The notes below the pieces were generated by a model that worked only from the letters and a program-made list of their open reading frames with translations, was not told the DNA's origin and did no database searches. Below are positions 1-8,417 of a stretch of DNA of 64,000 bases, piece by piece. The stretch is from a virus: IMG/VR virus record IMGVR_UViG_3300010885_070871, positions 16,923 to 80,922 of that record, one strand, 5' to 3'. Position 1 is the first letter of the stretch. Each line of letters begins with the position of its first letter. The translations under genes were made by a program, and so were the position numbers.

Positions 1-866
1 TGACATTCATTAAAAAAATAGACGAATTTAATACTGTAAACGAAGGTTTTTTTAAATCCTTGTTTGGTGGTATAGGAGATATTTTTAAATCGAAAAAATC
101 TAAATTATCATCGATACTTAAACAAATAGGTAGGGTTAAAAATGAAGAGGCTGATGAGCTTATAAAGATAGAAAAAGAGATAGCTGAATTACCAAAAGAA
201 AATACACCAGAATACAGGTATTACTCTACTAATCTAAATAGACAATCTAGGATTCTTAAATCAATGAAAGCGGTTGAAGTGAATAACTTAATAAAAGAAG
301 CAGAGGAAATAATAGATGAGGATCCAAAACTTTACGCATACTTCTCTTCCGAATTTGCAAAAATAAACAAAGAAAGTAAAGAGAAATACATTAAAGGTGT
401 TTCTACTTATCTTAATAAGAGTGATTTAAAGGATTTAGTTGACGAGTTTGAAAGATTAGTAAAGGATGCCAATTATAGATCCAAATATTACGAAGATTAT
501 CCAGAACAGGAAATAGGAGATATTTACCCAGAGGTAAAAGAGAATATTAAAAATTTTATAGATATGAGTCCTCAACAATCTAAAGACATTCTTGATAATT
601 TAGATTATAAGGAATTAAAAAACCTTTATTCAGGAATTAAAGAATTTCAGTTTGATATGGAACAGATATTGGATAACAAAATATCATCTATAAGAATACA
701 AATTAAAAAATCTGAAAAAGAAGGAGATAGTGGTATAATACCATATCTTAGAAGGAAAGAGTCTTTAATTAAATATGAATACAAAGAGTATATAAATTTA
801 ATAAAGTCTAAAACTGCTTTAATAGAAAAAGAAATGAAAAATAAAAGATATGTCTCTAATAATTAA
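1..866 (+). CDS. Hypothetical protein, probable internal head protein; true start likely 1 nt before the window ((A)TG ACA TTC..., MTFIKKIDEFNTVNEG)
   Basis: The frame of ORF 60..866 is open back to the window edge, which begins 'tg aca ttc att aaa aaa ata gac gaa ttt'; N-terminal IDEF..VNE motif. Confidence 0.6.
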   Translation, partial: TFIKKIDEFNTVNEGFFKSLFGGIGDIFKSKKSKLSSILKQIGRVKNEEADELIKIEKEIAELPKENTPEYRYYSTNLNRQSRILKSMKAVEVNNLIKEAEEIIDEDPKLYAYFSSEFAKINKESKEKYIKGVSTYLNKSDLKDLVDEFERLVKDANYRSKYYEDYPEQEIGDIYPEVKENIKNFIDMSPQQSKDILDNLDYKELKNLYSGIKEFQFDMEQILDNKISSIRIQIKKSEKEGDSGIIPYLRRKESLIKYEYKEYINLIKSKTALIEKEMKNKRYVSNN

Positions 867-1149
867 ACTAGATAATTTTTCTAAAGTATCCGAACAACAA
901 AAAACACCTGAACAAAAGACAAAGGATCTACAGGCGAAGGCTAATATAGATAAAGAGCTTTTAGAAATAAATAAAAGAATCTCAGATATAGACCTTGCAA
1001 TAGCAAATCTTGCTAAAAGGGAAAAAGACGGATCTCTTTCTAGGAGTGAATCTTTTAAGCAACAAGCAGTAGAGCTTCAGAAAAAAGTAGCAGAATATTC
1101 AAAAAAATCTGTTTCTCTTAAAAAAATGGAAGACCTAACTAAAAAATAA
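850..1149 (+). CDS. Hypothetical coiled-coil protein
   Basis: 99 aa ORF overlapping the previous stop; N-terminal IKLDNFSKVSE motif. Confidence 0.7.
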   Translation: MSLIIKLDNFSKVSEQQKTPEQKTKDLQAKANIDKELLEINKRISDIDLAIANLAKREKDGSLSRSESFKQQAVELQKKVAEYSKKSVSLKKMEDLTKK

Positions 1150-1157
1150 GATATATA
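1150..1157 (+). promoter_or_regulatory. Putative late promoter motif GATATATA
   Basis: GATATATA 4 nt before ATG 1162; the motif recurs before many genes in the window. Confidence 0.55.
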
Positions 1158-1161
1158 AAAA

Positions 1162-1692
1162 ATGAAAAAAGAATTTTACAATCCACTTTTTGAATCATTA
1201 TTAGATACAGCCAAAGAATATAAAACTGTATATAATTATAGAATTCACGAGGAAGCAAACGAAAAATTTAAAGACAAGGATCAGGCTTTAAAATATTTTA
1301 AGATGATATTTGATTCATGGGGTAATGCAGTAATAGCATTTACTAAAAGCTGTTTAATACCTGATGTAAAAAGTGAAATCTCTAAACAGGTTTCAGAAAA
1401 TATTATAAAACTTGGTACTTCATCTAATTCTTCTTTAGATAACATAATAAAAGTATTAAAAGAAAGCTCAGATGTTATATCAGAAAAAATTTCTGGTCAA
1501 AATAAAAGCGAAACAATTAAAATTGTTTACAAGAATTTTGAAGAGGGTGTTGGTTCTTTAGAAGAAGCTTATACTGCTTATAAAGAAAGAGCAGGTAGTA
1601 TGTTAACAGATAGTGATTTATTAGCTAAAATAAATTCACATATCCAGAGTTACGTAGAACAGATTAAAAAAAATCAAGAGAAGAAAAAATAA
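1162..1692 (+). CDS. Hypothetical protein
   Basis: 176 aa ORF with upstream motif. Confidence 0.75.
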   Translation: MKKEFYNPLFESLLDTAKEYKTVYNYRIHEEANEKFKDKDQALKYFKMIFDSWGNAVIAFTKSCLIPDVKSEISKQVSENIIKLGTSSNSSLDNIIKVLKESSDVISEKISGQNKSETIKIVYKNFEEGVGSLEEAYTAYKERAGSMLTDSDLLAKINSHIQSYVEQIKKNQEKKK

Positions 1693-1699
1693 ATTAAAC

Positions 1700-2746
1700 A
1701 TGAAAAATTTAAGTAACACATATTCAAAGCTTACAGAAAGCATGAAATCTTCTGACAGAAAAGAAATTTTTGAAGATAAAGACGAGAGAGAGAAAAGAAG
1801 GGAAGAAAGAAGAAAAAAAAGATTGGAAAAAGGATTCGGAGATAAAGAACAAGGTGGGGAAGACGATGAATTCAATCTTAAATCTTTTAAAAAAGCAGTA
1901 GATGAATTGAGAGGTCAATCCTATGCTCAAGAAGATGATTGTGCTTTACAGATTAAATTAAACGGTCCTGGAAAAAAATCAGCAGAAGAGAATGCTTCTA
2001 AATTTCGTTCTATTTCACAAAGATGTTCCAAGCTTCTAGGAGAAATTGCATATCGAATTAATAAAGAAGGAAAAAGATTAGAATCAACTGATGAAGAGGA
2101 TATGACCTTAATAAAGTCGTATAGAGAAACATATAATGATTTAGTAGAAGATCTTAAAGAAACAATAAAAAGCTACAATAAACAAAGTGCAGATTCGGTT
2201 AAAGGTTTTTTTGATAATCAAAAATTTAAAGATATTGCAGGAAAGGTAGAAGAAGCCGATGCAAAATTTAAAAAAGGTATAAATGAATTAATAGATAAAA
2301 CAACTGATATTCAATTAGAATATGGACAAGGGTTATCTGTTTTATCCCCTACAGCAGCACCAGCAGGAGCAGCAGCACCAGCAGGAACAGCAGATACTGG
2401 AGCAACTGACATTAAGATAAAAGAACCAGTTAAAAAAGGTACAGGTTCAAAATCTAATCCTGATGAAACGGTTAAAAAAGTTCAGGAGCTTATTAATAAA
2501 AAATTCAAGAACGATAAAGAGGTAACAAAAACCGCAGAATGGGAAAAATTTTCTAAATATGGTGCAGATGGAGCTTTTGGTAATACAACAGGAAATTTAA
2601 TTATATTAATAAAGAAAAAATTTAATTTACCTGCAAAAAATTCTCAAATCACACAAGAATTCATTGACAAACTTATGGAAATAAAAGAATCTAAATTTAG
2701 TGGGTCATTACTTTCTTTTGAGGACTTTTTAAGCAACAGAAAATAA
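1700..2746 (+). CDS. Hypothetical protein with Ala/Pro linker and C-terminal peptidoglycan-binding-like (PGBD) motif
   Basis: APAGAAAPAG linker followed by VKKVQELI...GADGAFGNTT (DGxFGxxT); ends LLSFEDF. Confidence 0.55.
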   Translation: MKNLSNTYSKLTESMKSSDRKEIFEDKDEREKRREERRKKRLEKGFGDKEQGGEDDEFNLKSFKKAVDELRGQSYAQEDDCALQIKLNGPGKKSAEENASKFRSISQRCSKLLGEIAYRINKEGKRLESTDEEDMTLIKSYRETYNDLVEDLKETIKSYNKQSADSVKGFFDNQKFKDIAGKVEEADAKFKKGINELIDKTTDIQLEYGQGLSVLSPTAAPAGAAAPAGTADTGATDIKIKEPVKKGTGSKSNPDETVKKVQELINKKFKNDKEVTKTAEWEKFSKYGADGAFGNTTGNLIILIKKKFNLPAKNSQITQEFIDKLMEIKESKFSGSLLSFEDFLSNRK

Positions 2747-2754
2747 AATAATTC

Positions 2755-2783
2755 GGAATTTTTAATTAATTTAGGGGTATAAT
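2755..2783 (+). promoter_or_regulatory. Putative class-2 promoter GGAATT...TATAAT
   Basis: GGAATT at 2755 and TATAAT at 2778-2783, upstream of the kinase ATG 2797. Confidence 0.45.
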
Positions 2784-2796
2784 CAAATAAAAGGTT

Positions 2797-3333
2797 ATGC
2801 CCCTTATTATTATCGAAGGTCCAAGAAAGTCAGGTAAATCACATCTTATAGCACAACAGGAAACTTTTCCTGTTTTTAAATTTGATTTTAATAATAATTT
2901 TAGCACTTGGGATTTTAAAAAAAATTCAGAAAAAGTTCATTGGTTTGGTTTAGGTAAGGAAGTTATGCTTCATGAATTGGATGCAACTGGTATGCTTCCT
3001 AAAATGATAGTTGATAGAGGTATACTAACCAATTCAGTTTGGGGAGTTTTCCAAAAAAGAATAACAGTAGAAGAAGCTAAAAAGGATCTTATTAATTTTA
3101 ATAAAAGAAATTTTTTCCGTGGTACCAAAATAATCTTAATAGAAGGGTTATCTGAAGAAAAAAGAACTAAAGACATTTGGGACGAAGATGATAAGAGAAG
3201 AGAGGAAGAATATTCTCTTTTTTCATCGTTTTCTAGCTTGCTACGAGACTTTGGGGTGGAGGTCCATGTTTTCCATAATAACTTCGATTTGGACTCTGTA
3301 ATACGATTTAAAACAATTATTAAAGAATTATAA
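2797..3333 (+). CDS. P-loop nucleoside monophosphate kinase (thymidylate/dNMP kinase-like)
   Basis: N-terminal IIIEGPRKSGKS Walker A; IVDRG motif typical of dTMP kinases. Confidence 0.7.
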   Translation: MPLIIIEGPRKSGKSHLIAQQETFPVFKFDFNNNFSTWDFKKNSEKVHWFGLGKEVMLHELDATGMLPKMIVDRGILTNSVWGVFQKRITVEEAKKDLINFNKRNFFRGTKIILIEGLSEEKRTKDIWDEDDKRREEEYSLFSSFSSLLRDFGVEVHVFHNNFDLDSVIRFKTIIKEL

Positions 3334-3334
3334 A

Positions 3335-4753
3335 ATGTGTGGAATTTTAGTAGCAAAAAGACCTTCTGATGAAAGAATAGAATCAATATCGCATAGAGGA
3401 ATCGAACATAATATTATTTACAAAGACGATCTTTGTTTAATACATCACAGATTACCTATTCAAACATTAGATGGTGATAATTGGTCACAACCAGTTTCTA
3501 TAGGAGAAGATAGATGGCTTTTGTTCAATGGTGAAATATTTAACTATCCTGGGGATTTTGAATCAGATACCGCTTATTTACAAAACCTATTTAAAACTTT
3601 TAATTTTAGTGGGATAGGAATGCTACAAGCAATATATGAACCACATATTGTTTCTTGGGATGGTTTTTGGTCCATAGTTTTAGTAGATACTAAGAAAAGG
3701 GAAGTTTATGCTTTTACTGATCCATTAGGAAAAAAATGCCTTTATAAAAACGATAAAGGTGAAGTTTGTTCTGAAATAAAAGGATTAATAGAAAAAGATG
3801 AAATAAATCCTATAGATCATTCATTTTTTAGTGGTGTTATAAAATTTGGATATCTTACAACTAATCAAACACCGTACTTAAATATTAAAAAATTAGAACC
3901 AAATAAATTTCACCATTGGAGTTTAGATCATTCAATAAAAATGGATGTTTCAGATCCATATTACAATTTTAATGTATTTGATGCTGGACTAGTTACATAC
4001 GATGATAGAATGGATTGGCTTTGGAATAAATTAGAGGATTCTGTACAATCAAGACTAATCTCTAAAAACTATCCAACTTCTTTATTGCTTTCAGGCGGAT
4101 TAGATTCATCGATAATAGCAGGACTTCTCCTTAAGTTAAATGCAGACGTTAGTTTTTATTCTATATCAAACGGAGAAGATGAACACTACATAAAAGATTG
4201 TGAAAAATATTGGGAAATAGAATCAAAAAGACTTAAATATGATATTGATCTAGAAAGTGAAAAAGGTAAGCAGGAGTTAATAGAAATATACAAAAAATGG
4301 AACGAATCACCCGTAGATATGGGAAGTGTTATTCCGCAATATCATCTTTTTGATGCTATAAAGAAAGGAACAAATACTAGAATAGTAATATCAGGAGACG
4401 GTGCAGACGAATTATTTGGTGGTTACAGAAGAATAAACGAATATGATTCACAACAATCTGATATATTCCATGAATTAACTTCATATCATTTACCTAGACT
4501 GGATAAGATGTCAATGGCTCATACACTAGAACTTAGAAGTCCTTTTCTAAATCATGATATAGTTAGATTTGCTATAAATCTTCCGTTTGAAGAAAGAAAG
4601 AATAAGAAGATTTTAAAAGATACTTTTAGCGGATTAATTCCAGATTCTATTATAGAAAGAAAAAAATTGGCTCTTAAAAATACTAAAATAATTGAGGATC
4701 AAATAGAATATAGAAAAAAAATAGTTGAATTATTCCTTGTTTCCGTTTCCTAA
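3335..4753 (+). CDS. asnB: Asparagine synthetase B-like glutamine-dependent amidotransferase
   Basis: MCGI Ntn-Cys start, HRG, FNGEIFN, LLLSGGLDSS PP-loop, SGDGADELFGGY, DKMSMAHTLELRSPFL. Confidence 0.9.
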   Translation: MCGILVAKRPSDERIESISHRGIEHNIIYKDDLCLIHHRLPIQTLDGDNWSQPVSIGEDRWLLFNGEIFNYPGDFESDTAYLQNLFKTFNFSGIGMLQAIYEPHIVSWDGFWSIVLVDTKKREVYAFTDPLGKKCLYKNDKGEVCSEIKGLIEKDEINPIDHSFFSGVIKFGYLTTNQTPYLNIKKLEPNKFHHWSLDHSIKMDVSDPYYNFNVFDAGLVTYDDRMDWLWNKLEDSVQSRLISKNYPTSLLLSGGLDSSIIAGLLLKLNADVSFYSISNGEDEHYIKDCEKYWEIESKRLKYDIDLESEKGKQELIEIYKKWNESPVDMGSVIPQYHLFDAIKKGTNTRIVISGDGADELFGGYRRINEYDSQQSDIFHELTSYHLPRLDKMSMAHTLELRSPFLNHDIVRFAINLPFEERKNKKILKDTFSGLIPDSIIERKKLALKNTKIIEDQIEYRKKIVELFLVSVS

Positions 4754-6211
4754 AGTTACTTCTACACCAGCTTCAGCTTTTCCTTTTGCTTCTTTTGGAG
4801 AATATCCTTCAGGTCTATCAGTCAATACAAAATCTTCAGATGGATCTACAACTAAACCTGCAGCACTTAAGAAATCTCTATTTAGAAGTAATGGTGTACT
4901 TTTTTCAGTTCTGTCTACTAAAGAGAATTTAACTTTTTTATAAACTATACCATTGAAATTAACATCTAAGTTAACAACAGATCTTTTGTGTATTTTTTCA
5001 CCAACCTCTGCTTTAGATTGACCAACAATTTTATTTTTAAATTCCTGTCCTCCTAAAGTCCAATTTACATGCCCGTCAATTTCTTCAAAACTGTCAGCAT
5101 GTAGAGAACAAGATGTTGCTCCGTTTCCTGTATCTAATTTTCCTACAAATGTACCAACCCCTTGAACTGTAACTAGTTCTCTAAACCCTGTAACTTTCTT
5201 AGGTTTAACCCAGTTTTTCTTATCTAAAAGAAAATCTACTATCACATCAGTAACTGGTATTCCTGTAGTTTTTTCTATTCCTGTTGTACCAGGTGAAGCA
5301 TTAACTTCTAGAACATAGGGTTTTTCAGATTTCTTATCAACGATTATATCTACACCACACCAGAGACATCCAGTAGCTTTAGCAGATTCTATTGCTATTC
5401 TTTCTATATAATCAGGGAGTTCAACATTTTCTGTTTCACCACCTAAAGAGTAGTTAGTCCTAAAATCCCCCTCTATTTTGATTCTTTTCATCGCTGCGAT
5501 GACTTTATAGTTGCGGCCAGACATATTATCGCTTTCAGCAATAACATGTATTCTTAAGTCATATTCAGCTTCAATTTTTTCTTGTAGAACTATCTCTGTT
5601 CCTGGTGATAAATGCCATATTGCTTGTAAGGTAGAAATAAGAGACGGTCTTGAATCTATCATGAATACTCCAATACCTTTAGTTCCTGAGATAAATTTAC
5701 AAACTACTGGATATTCACCACCTACTTCTTCTACTGCTTTATCTATATCATTTTCTGATGATATTAAAGATGTTTTAGGTGTAGGTATATTAGAAAGCTG
5801 TAATTTTCTTGTTGTTTCTAATTTATCCTCACATATATTTACAGATTCATATGAATTTACACAAGGAAAACCTAGATCCTCCATTTTCTTAAAGAACCCT
5901 TTTGCTGCATTATTTTTTATAGCAGACCTTCTAGTTAATACTATGGTTCTATCTAAATATATTTCTTTTGGCTTACTTCCACCACTTGATATTAGAAATG
6001 TTCCTTTTGTTGTTTTTTGAATAGATCCTTTTTCTGTGTCTATTATTATAGATCTTATTCCTTTGTCCTCACAAATTTTAGTTAACTTGTCAGTTGTTGG
6101 AGCGTTTTTTAGACTCTTACCTAATTTAGTAGTCAGGACAACAACAGTTAAAGGATTTTCTTTTCCTTTAATTCCTTTAAATATAAATTTTTCAAATAAA
6201 TAATCGCTCAT
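4730..6211 (-). CDS. rimK: RimK-family ATP-grasp glutamate ligase fused to a C-terminal RimB-like retropepsin protease domain
   Basis: EDKLET, IPTPKT, GTKGIGV, QEKI, DLRIHV, FRTNYSLGG, GVDII, LEVNASPG; C-terminal GKLDTGNGATSCSLHA...LVDR...LLLNRDFL. Confidence 0.88.
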   Translation of the reverse strand: MSDYLFEKFIFKGIKGKENPLTVVVLTTKLGKSLKNAPTTDKLTKICEDKGIRSIIIDTEKGSIQKTTKGTFLISSGGSKPKEIYLDRTIVLTRRSAIKNNAAKGFFKKMEDLGFPCVNSYESVNICEDKLETTRKLQLSNIPTPKTSLISSENDIDKAVEEVGGEYPVVCKFISGTKGIGVFMIDSRPSLISTLQAIWHLSPGTEIVLQEKIEAEYDLRIHVIAESDNMSGRNYKVIAAMKRIKIEGDFRTNYSLGGETENVELPDYIERIAIESAKATGCLWCGVDIIVDKKSEKPYVLEVNASPGTTGIEKTTGIPVTDVIVDFLLDKKNWVKPKKVTGFRELVTVQGVGTFVGKLDTGNGATSCSLHADSFEEIDGHVNWTLGGQEFKNKIVGQSKAEVGEKIHKRSVVNLDVNFNGIVYKKVKFSLVDRTEKSTPLLLNRDFLSAAGLVVDPSEDFVLTDRPEGYSPKEAKGKAEAGVEVTLGNGNKE

Positions 6212-6215
6212 GTTC

Positions 6216-6223
6216 TATATATC
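6216..6223 (-). promoter_or_regulatory. Putative late promoter GATATATA for rimK
   Basis: Minus strand reads CCTGATATATAGAACATG. Confidence 0.55.
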
Positions 6224-6234
6224 AGGAATTCACT

Positions 6235-6259
6235 AAAAAGCACAGAAAATCTGGGCTTT
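6235..6259 (-). terminator. Putative intrinsic terminator after the acidic protein gene
   Basis: Minus strand AAAGCCCAGA-TTT-TCTGTGCTTT hairpin (one mismatch) running into a T tract. Confidence 0.45.
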
Positions 6260-6266
6260 GATCTTT

Positions 6267-6968
6267 TTAGTTAAAAAAATTATCAAATCTTATGACTCTT
6301 TGGGTTTCTTCCTCTTTTTCTTCTGTATTTTGTTCTAAGTCAGACTCATCTTCTTCTTCGGTATCATCATCGTCATCGTCATCATCGTCATCTTCCTCCA
6401 TTTCTACCTTTGTTTGATATTCATCATCATTTTCACCTTTCATATCTCCACCTTCTATATCTTCCTCCTCGTCGTCCTCATCTTCTTCTTGAGTATCTTC
6501 TTCCTCATCGTCCTCGTCTTCTTCTTGAGTATCTTCTTCCTCGTCGTTGTCCTCTTCTTGAGTATCTTCTTCGTCGTCCTCATCTTCTTCTTGAGTATCT
6601 TCTTCCTCTTTAGAATCGTCCTCTTCTTGAGTATCTTCTTCCTCATCGTCCTCATCTTCTTCTTGAGTATCTTCTTCCTCTTTAGAATCGTCCTCTTCTT
6701 CTTGAGTATCTTCTTCCTCATCGTCCTCATCTTCTTCTTGAGTATCTTCTTCCTCTTTAGAATCGTCCTCTTCTTCTTGAGTATCTTCTTCCTCTTTAGA
6801 ATCGTCCTCTTCTTCTTGAGTATCTTCTTCCTCGTCGGCGTCTTCTTCCTCTTCTTTTTCCTCTTCCTCTTCTTCTTCGCCTATTTTAGCTCCTTTCCAA
6901 AGCTCATTCTCTTTAAAATTTACGTTTCTTTTTGAGAATTCCTCAAATGATAAAATACTATTTTTCAT
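6267..6968 (-). CDS. Extremely acidic (Glu/Asp) repeat protein, possible prohead core/scaffold-like protein
   Basis: 233 aa, mostly E/D; N-terminal ILSFEEF and C-terminal VIRFDNF motifs. Confidence 0.75.
   Translation of the reverse strand: MKNSILSFEEFSKRNVNFKENELWKGAKIGEEEEEEEKEEEEDADEEEDTQEEEDDSKEEEDTQEEEDDSKEEEDTQEEDEDDEEEDTQEEEDDSKEEEDTQEEDEDDEEEDTQEEDDSKEEEDTQEEDEDDEEDTQEEDNDEEEDTQEEDEDDEEEDTQEEDEDDEEEDIEGGDMKGENDDEYQTKVEMEEDDDDDDDDDDTEEEDESDLEQNTEEKEEETQRVIRFDNFFN
6470..6833 (-). repeat. About 10 imperfect 30-39 bp tandem repeats encoding EEEDTQEE(E)D(DSK/EDD)
   Basis: Recurrent tcttcttgagtatcttcttc on the + strand; 10 EDTQ units in the protein. Confidence 0.9.
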
Positions 6969-6982
6969 GTTTTTATTATTTT

Positions 6983-7234
6983 TTATTCTGTTATTCCTAT
7001 AGAAGCTGCACTTCCACTTTCTGTTGCTCCAAATCCTGGATAGTCTATTTTAGACGTTCCTTTAAAAACTGCATCTTTATAACCCACATAATCATAAGCA
7101 GCTTCTGGAGTTATTTTATGTAGCCCTGTTCTATCCTCTTTGCTAAGATTAGCAGGATTCCAAGGATCCCCTATAACTTTTAAAAAATCTTTATAGGACA
7201 ATATTTCTCTTTTTTTTACGTTTTTCTGATTCAT
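6983..7234 (-). CDS. Hypothetical protein
   Basis: 83 aa; ILSYKDF motif. Confidence 0.7.
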   Translation of the reverse strand: MNQKNVKKREILSYKDFLKVIGDPWNPANLSKEDRTGLHKITPEAAYDYVGYKDAVFKGTSKIDYPGFGATESGSAASIGITE

Positions 7235-7239
7235 TTTTT

Positions 7240-7950
7240 TTACATATTTTGGAATATACTAGAAAGTCCTGTTTTCATAGCTTTTGCATATATTCCAGGA
7301 TCTTTAGTTTCTGCTTTTTCTATTTCAGTAGCTAATTTTTGTTTATCTTGTGGACTAAAACTTTTACCAGATATTATATCTCCTAGACTAAAACCACATA
7401 TTTTATCAGCTATCATTGCCTCTACTTTATTCATGAAACTAGTATCATTCACGTAATTAGTTAAAGCCTCTCTTAAACTAGCTGCTAGTGTTCCTCCTAA
7501 TCCAGTATTCATATCCATTCTTAAACCTAATTTAGGTAAAAGATAATCTATTCCTCTTTCTTCGATTGTTTCTGCTAATCCTTCAACAATTGCTCTTGAC
7601 CAATTTTTACAAGAACCTTTACCAAAATATTTACCTATTTGTGTAAAGTGTACTCCTTCTATAACGTTTCTAACTAATTGGTAAAAAAATGTTGGTTTAT
7701 TCTCGTCGTCATATGGTTCAATTCCTAATTTTTCTGCTGCCCAATCTATTATATAGTCTTTAAAGGTATCAGTAAAACCTCCCCCAAGTGATCCAAAAAA
7801 TGAAGTAAATATATTTTCGTTTATTTGGGCTTCTGTTAATCCTTCAGATTTTAATCTTAAATATTCACTCTCCAAAAGCTGAAATTTTTCCTGATGATCT
7901 ACGTTAGACTTAGATTCAGATATAAATTGAGAATATCTTTGTATTTTCAT
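7240..7950 (-). CDS. Hypothetical protein, probable internal head protein (start revised to MKIQRYSQFISES)
   Basis: ATG at 7950 follows the GATATATA motif at 7968-7975; N-terminus resembles the T4 CTS; internal QINE. Confidence 0.7.
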   Translation of the reverse strand: MKIQRYSQFISESKSNVDHQEKFQLLESEYLRLKSEGLTEAQINENIFTSFFGSLGGGFTDTFKDYIIDWAAEKLGIEPYDDENKPTFFYQLVRNVIEGVHFTQIGKYFGKGSCKNWSRAIVEGLAETIEERGIDYLLPKLGLRMDMNTGLGGTLAASLREALTNYVNDTSFMNKVEAMIADKICGFSLGDIISGKSFSPQDKQKLATEIEKAETKDPGIYAKAMKTGLSSIFQNM

Positions 7951-7967
7951 TACAACACTTTTTAATG

Positions 7968-8002
7968 TATATATCAATTCTGCTTATAAATTCTGATATA
8001 TA
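7968..8002. promoter_or_regulatory. Divergent pair of GATATATA promoters
   Basis: TGATATATAC on minus (core 7968-7975) and TGATATATAG on plus (core 7995-8002), between divergent genes. Confidence 0.65.
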
Positions 8003-8009
8003 GTATAAG

Positions 8010-8417
8010 ATGTCAAGAATTCCAAAAATAGATAATTATCAAAAAGATTTTCCAAATGTATATGGAATAGAATCTGATTTTTGTTATGCTGTAGTTGAAG
8101 ACTTTACAGCAGAAGCATTAATAGAGTATAAAGAATCTGGTACTATATCAGGGATTAAATGTTATGAACCTTCTTGGAATTTAATAAATATACTTGATGG
8201 TGACTATTTGATGTCTAGTAAAAATGGATTATATGTTTTATTAAAGGATTTTGATGGATTAATAGAGATAAGACCACAAAAAAATATAGGTTCACAAAAA
8301 CCATCATTTGATTTTATAAATAAAGAATGCCTCGTAAAAATAGGGAAAGATTCTGTTAATTCAAAAATTATGTCCTTAGAGGAAAGAACAAAAATTATAC
8401 CTATAAGAGGAATATGA
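8010..8417 (+). CDS. Hypothetical protein
   Basis: 135 aa ORF; ATGA overlap with the next gene. Confidence 0.7.
   Translation: MSRIPKIDNYQKDFPNVYGIESDFCYAVVEDFTAEALIEYKESGTISGIKCYEPSWNLINILDGDYLMSSKNGLYVLLKDFDGLIEIRPQKNIGSQKPSFDFINKECLVKIGKDSVNSKIMSLEERTKIIPIRGI

Noticed and set aside
6470-6833. Possible CRISPR array
   Set aside because: No unique spacers; units are codon-multiple and lie inside a CDS
6410-6935. Alternative-frame ORFs over the acidic repeat (hydrophobic 6414..6935+, basic 6455..6730-, 6410..6613+)
   Set aside because: Shadow frames of a low-complexity repeat lacking stops; the E/D frame has unique tagged termini and fits the operon
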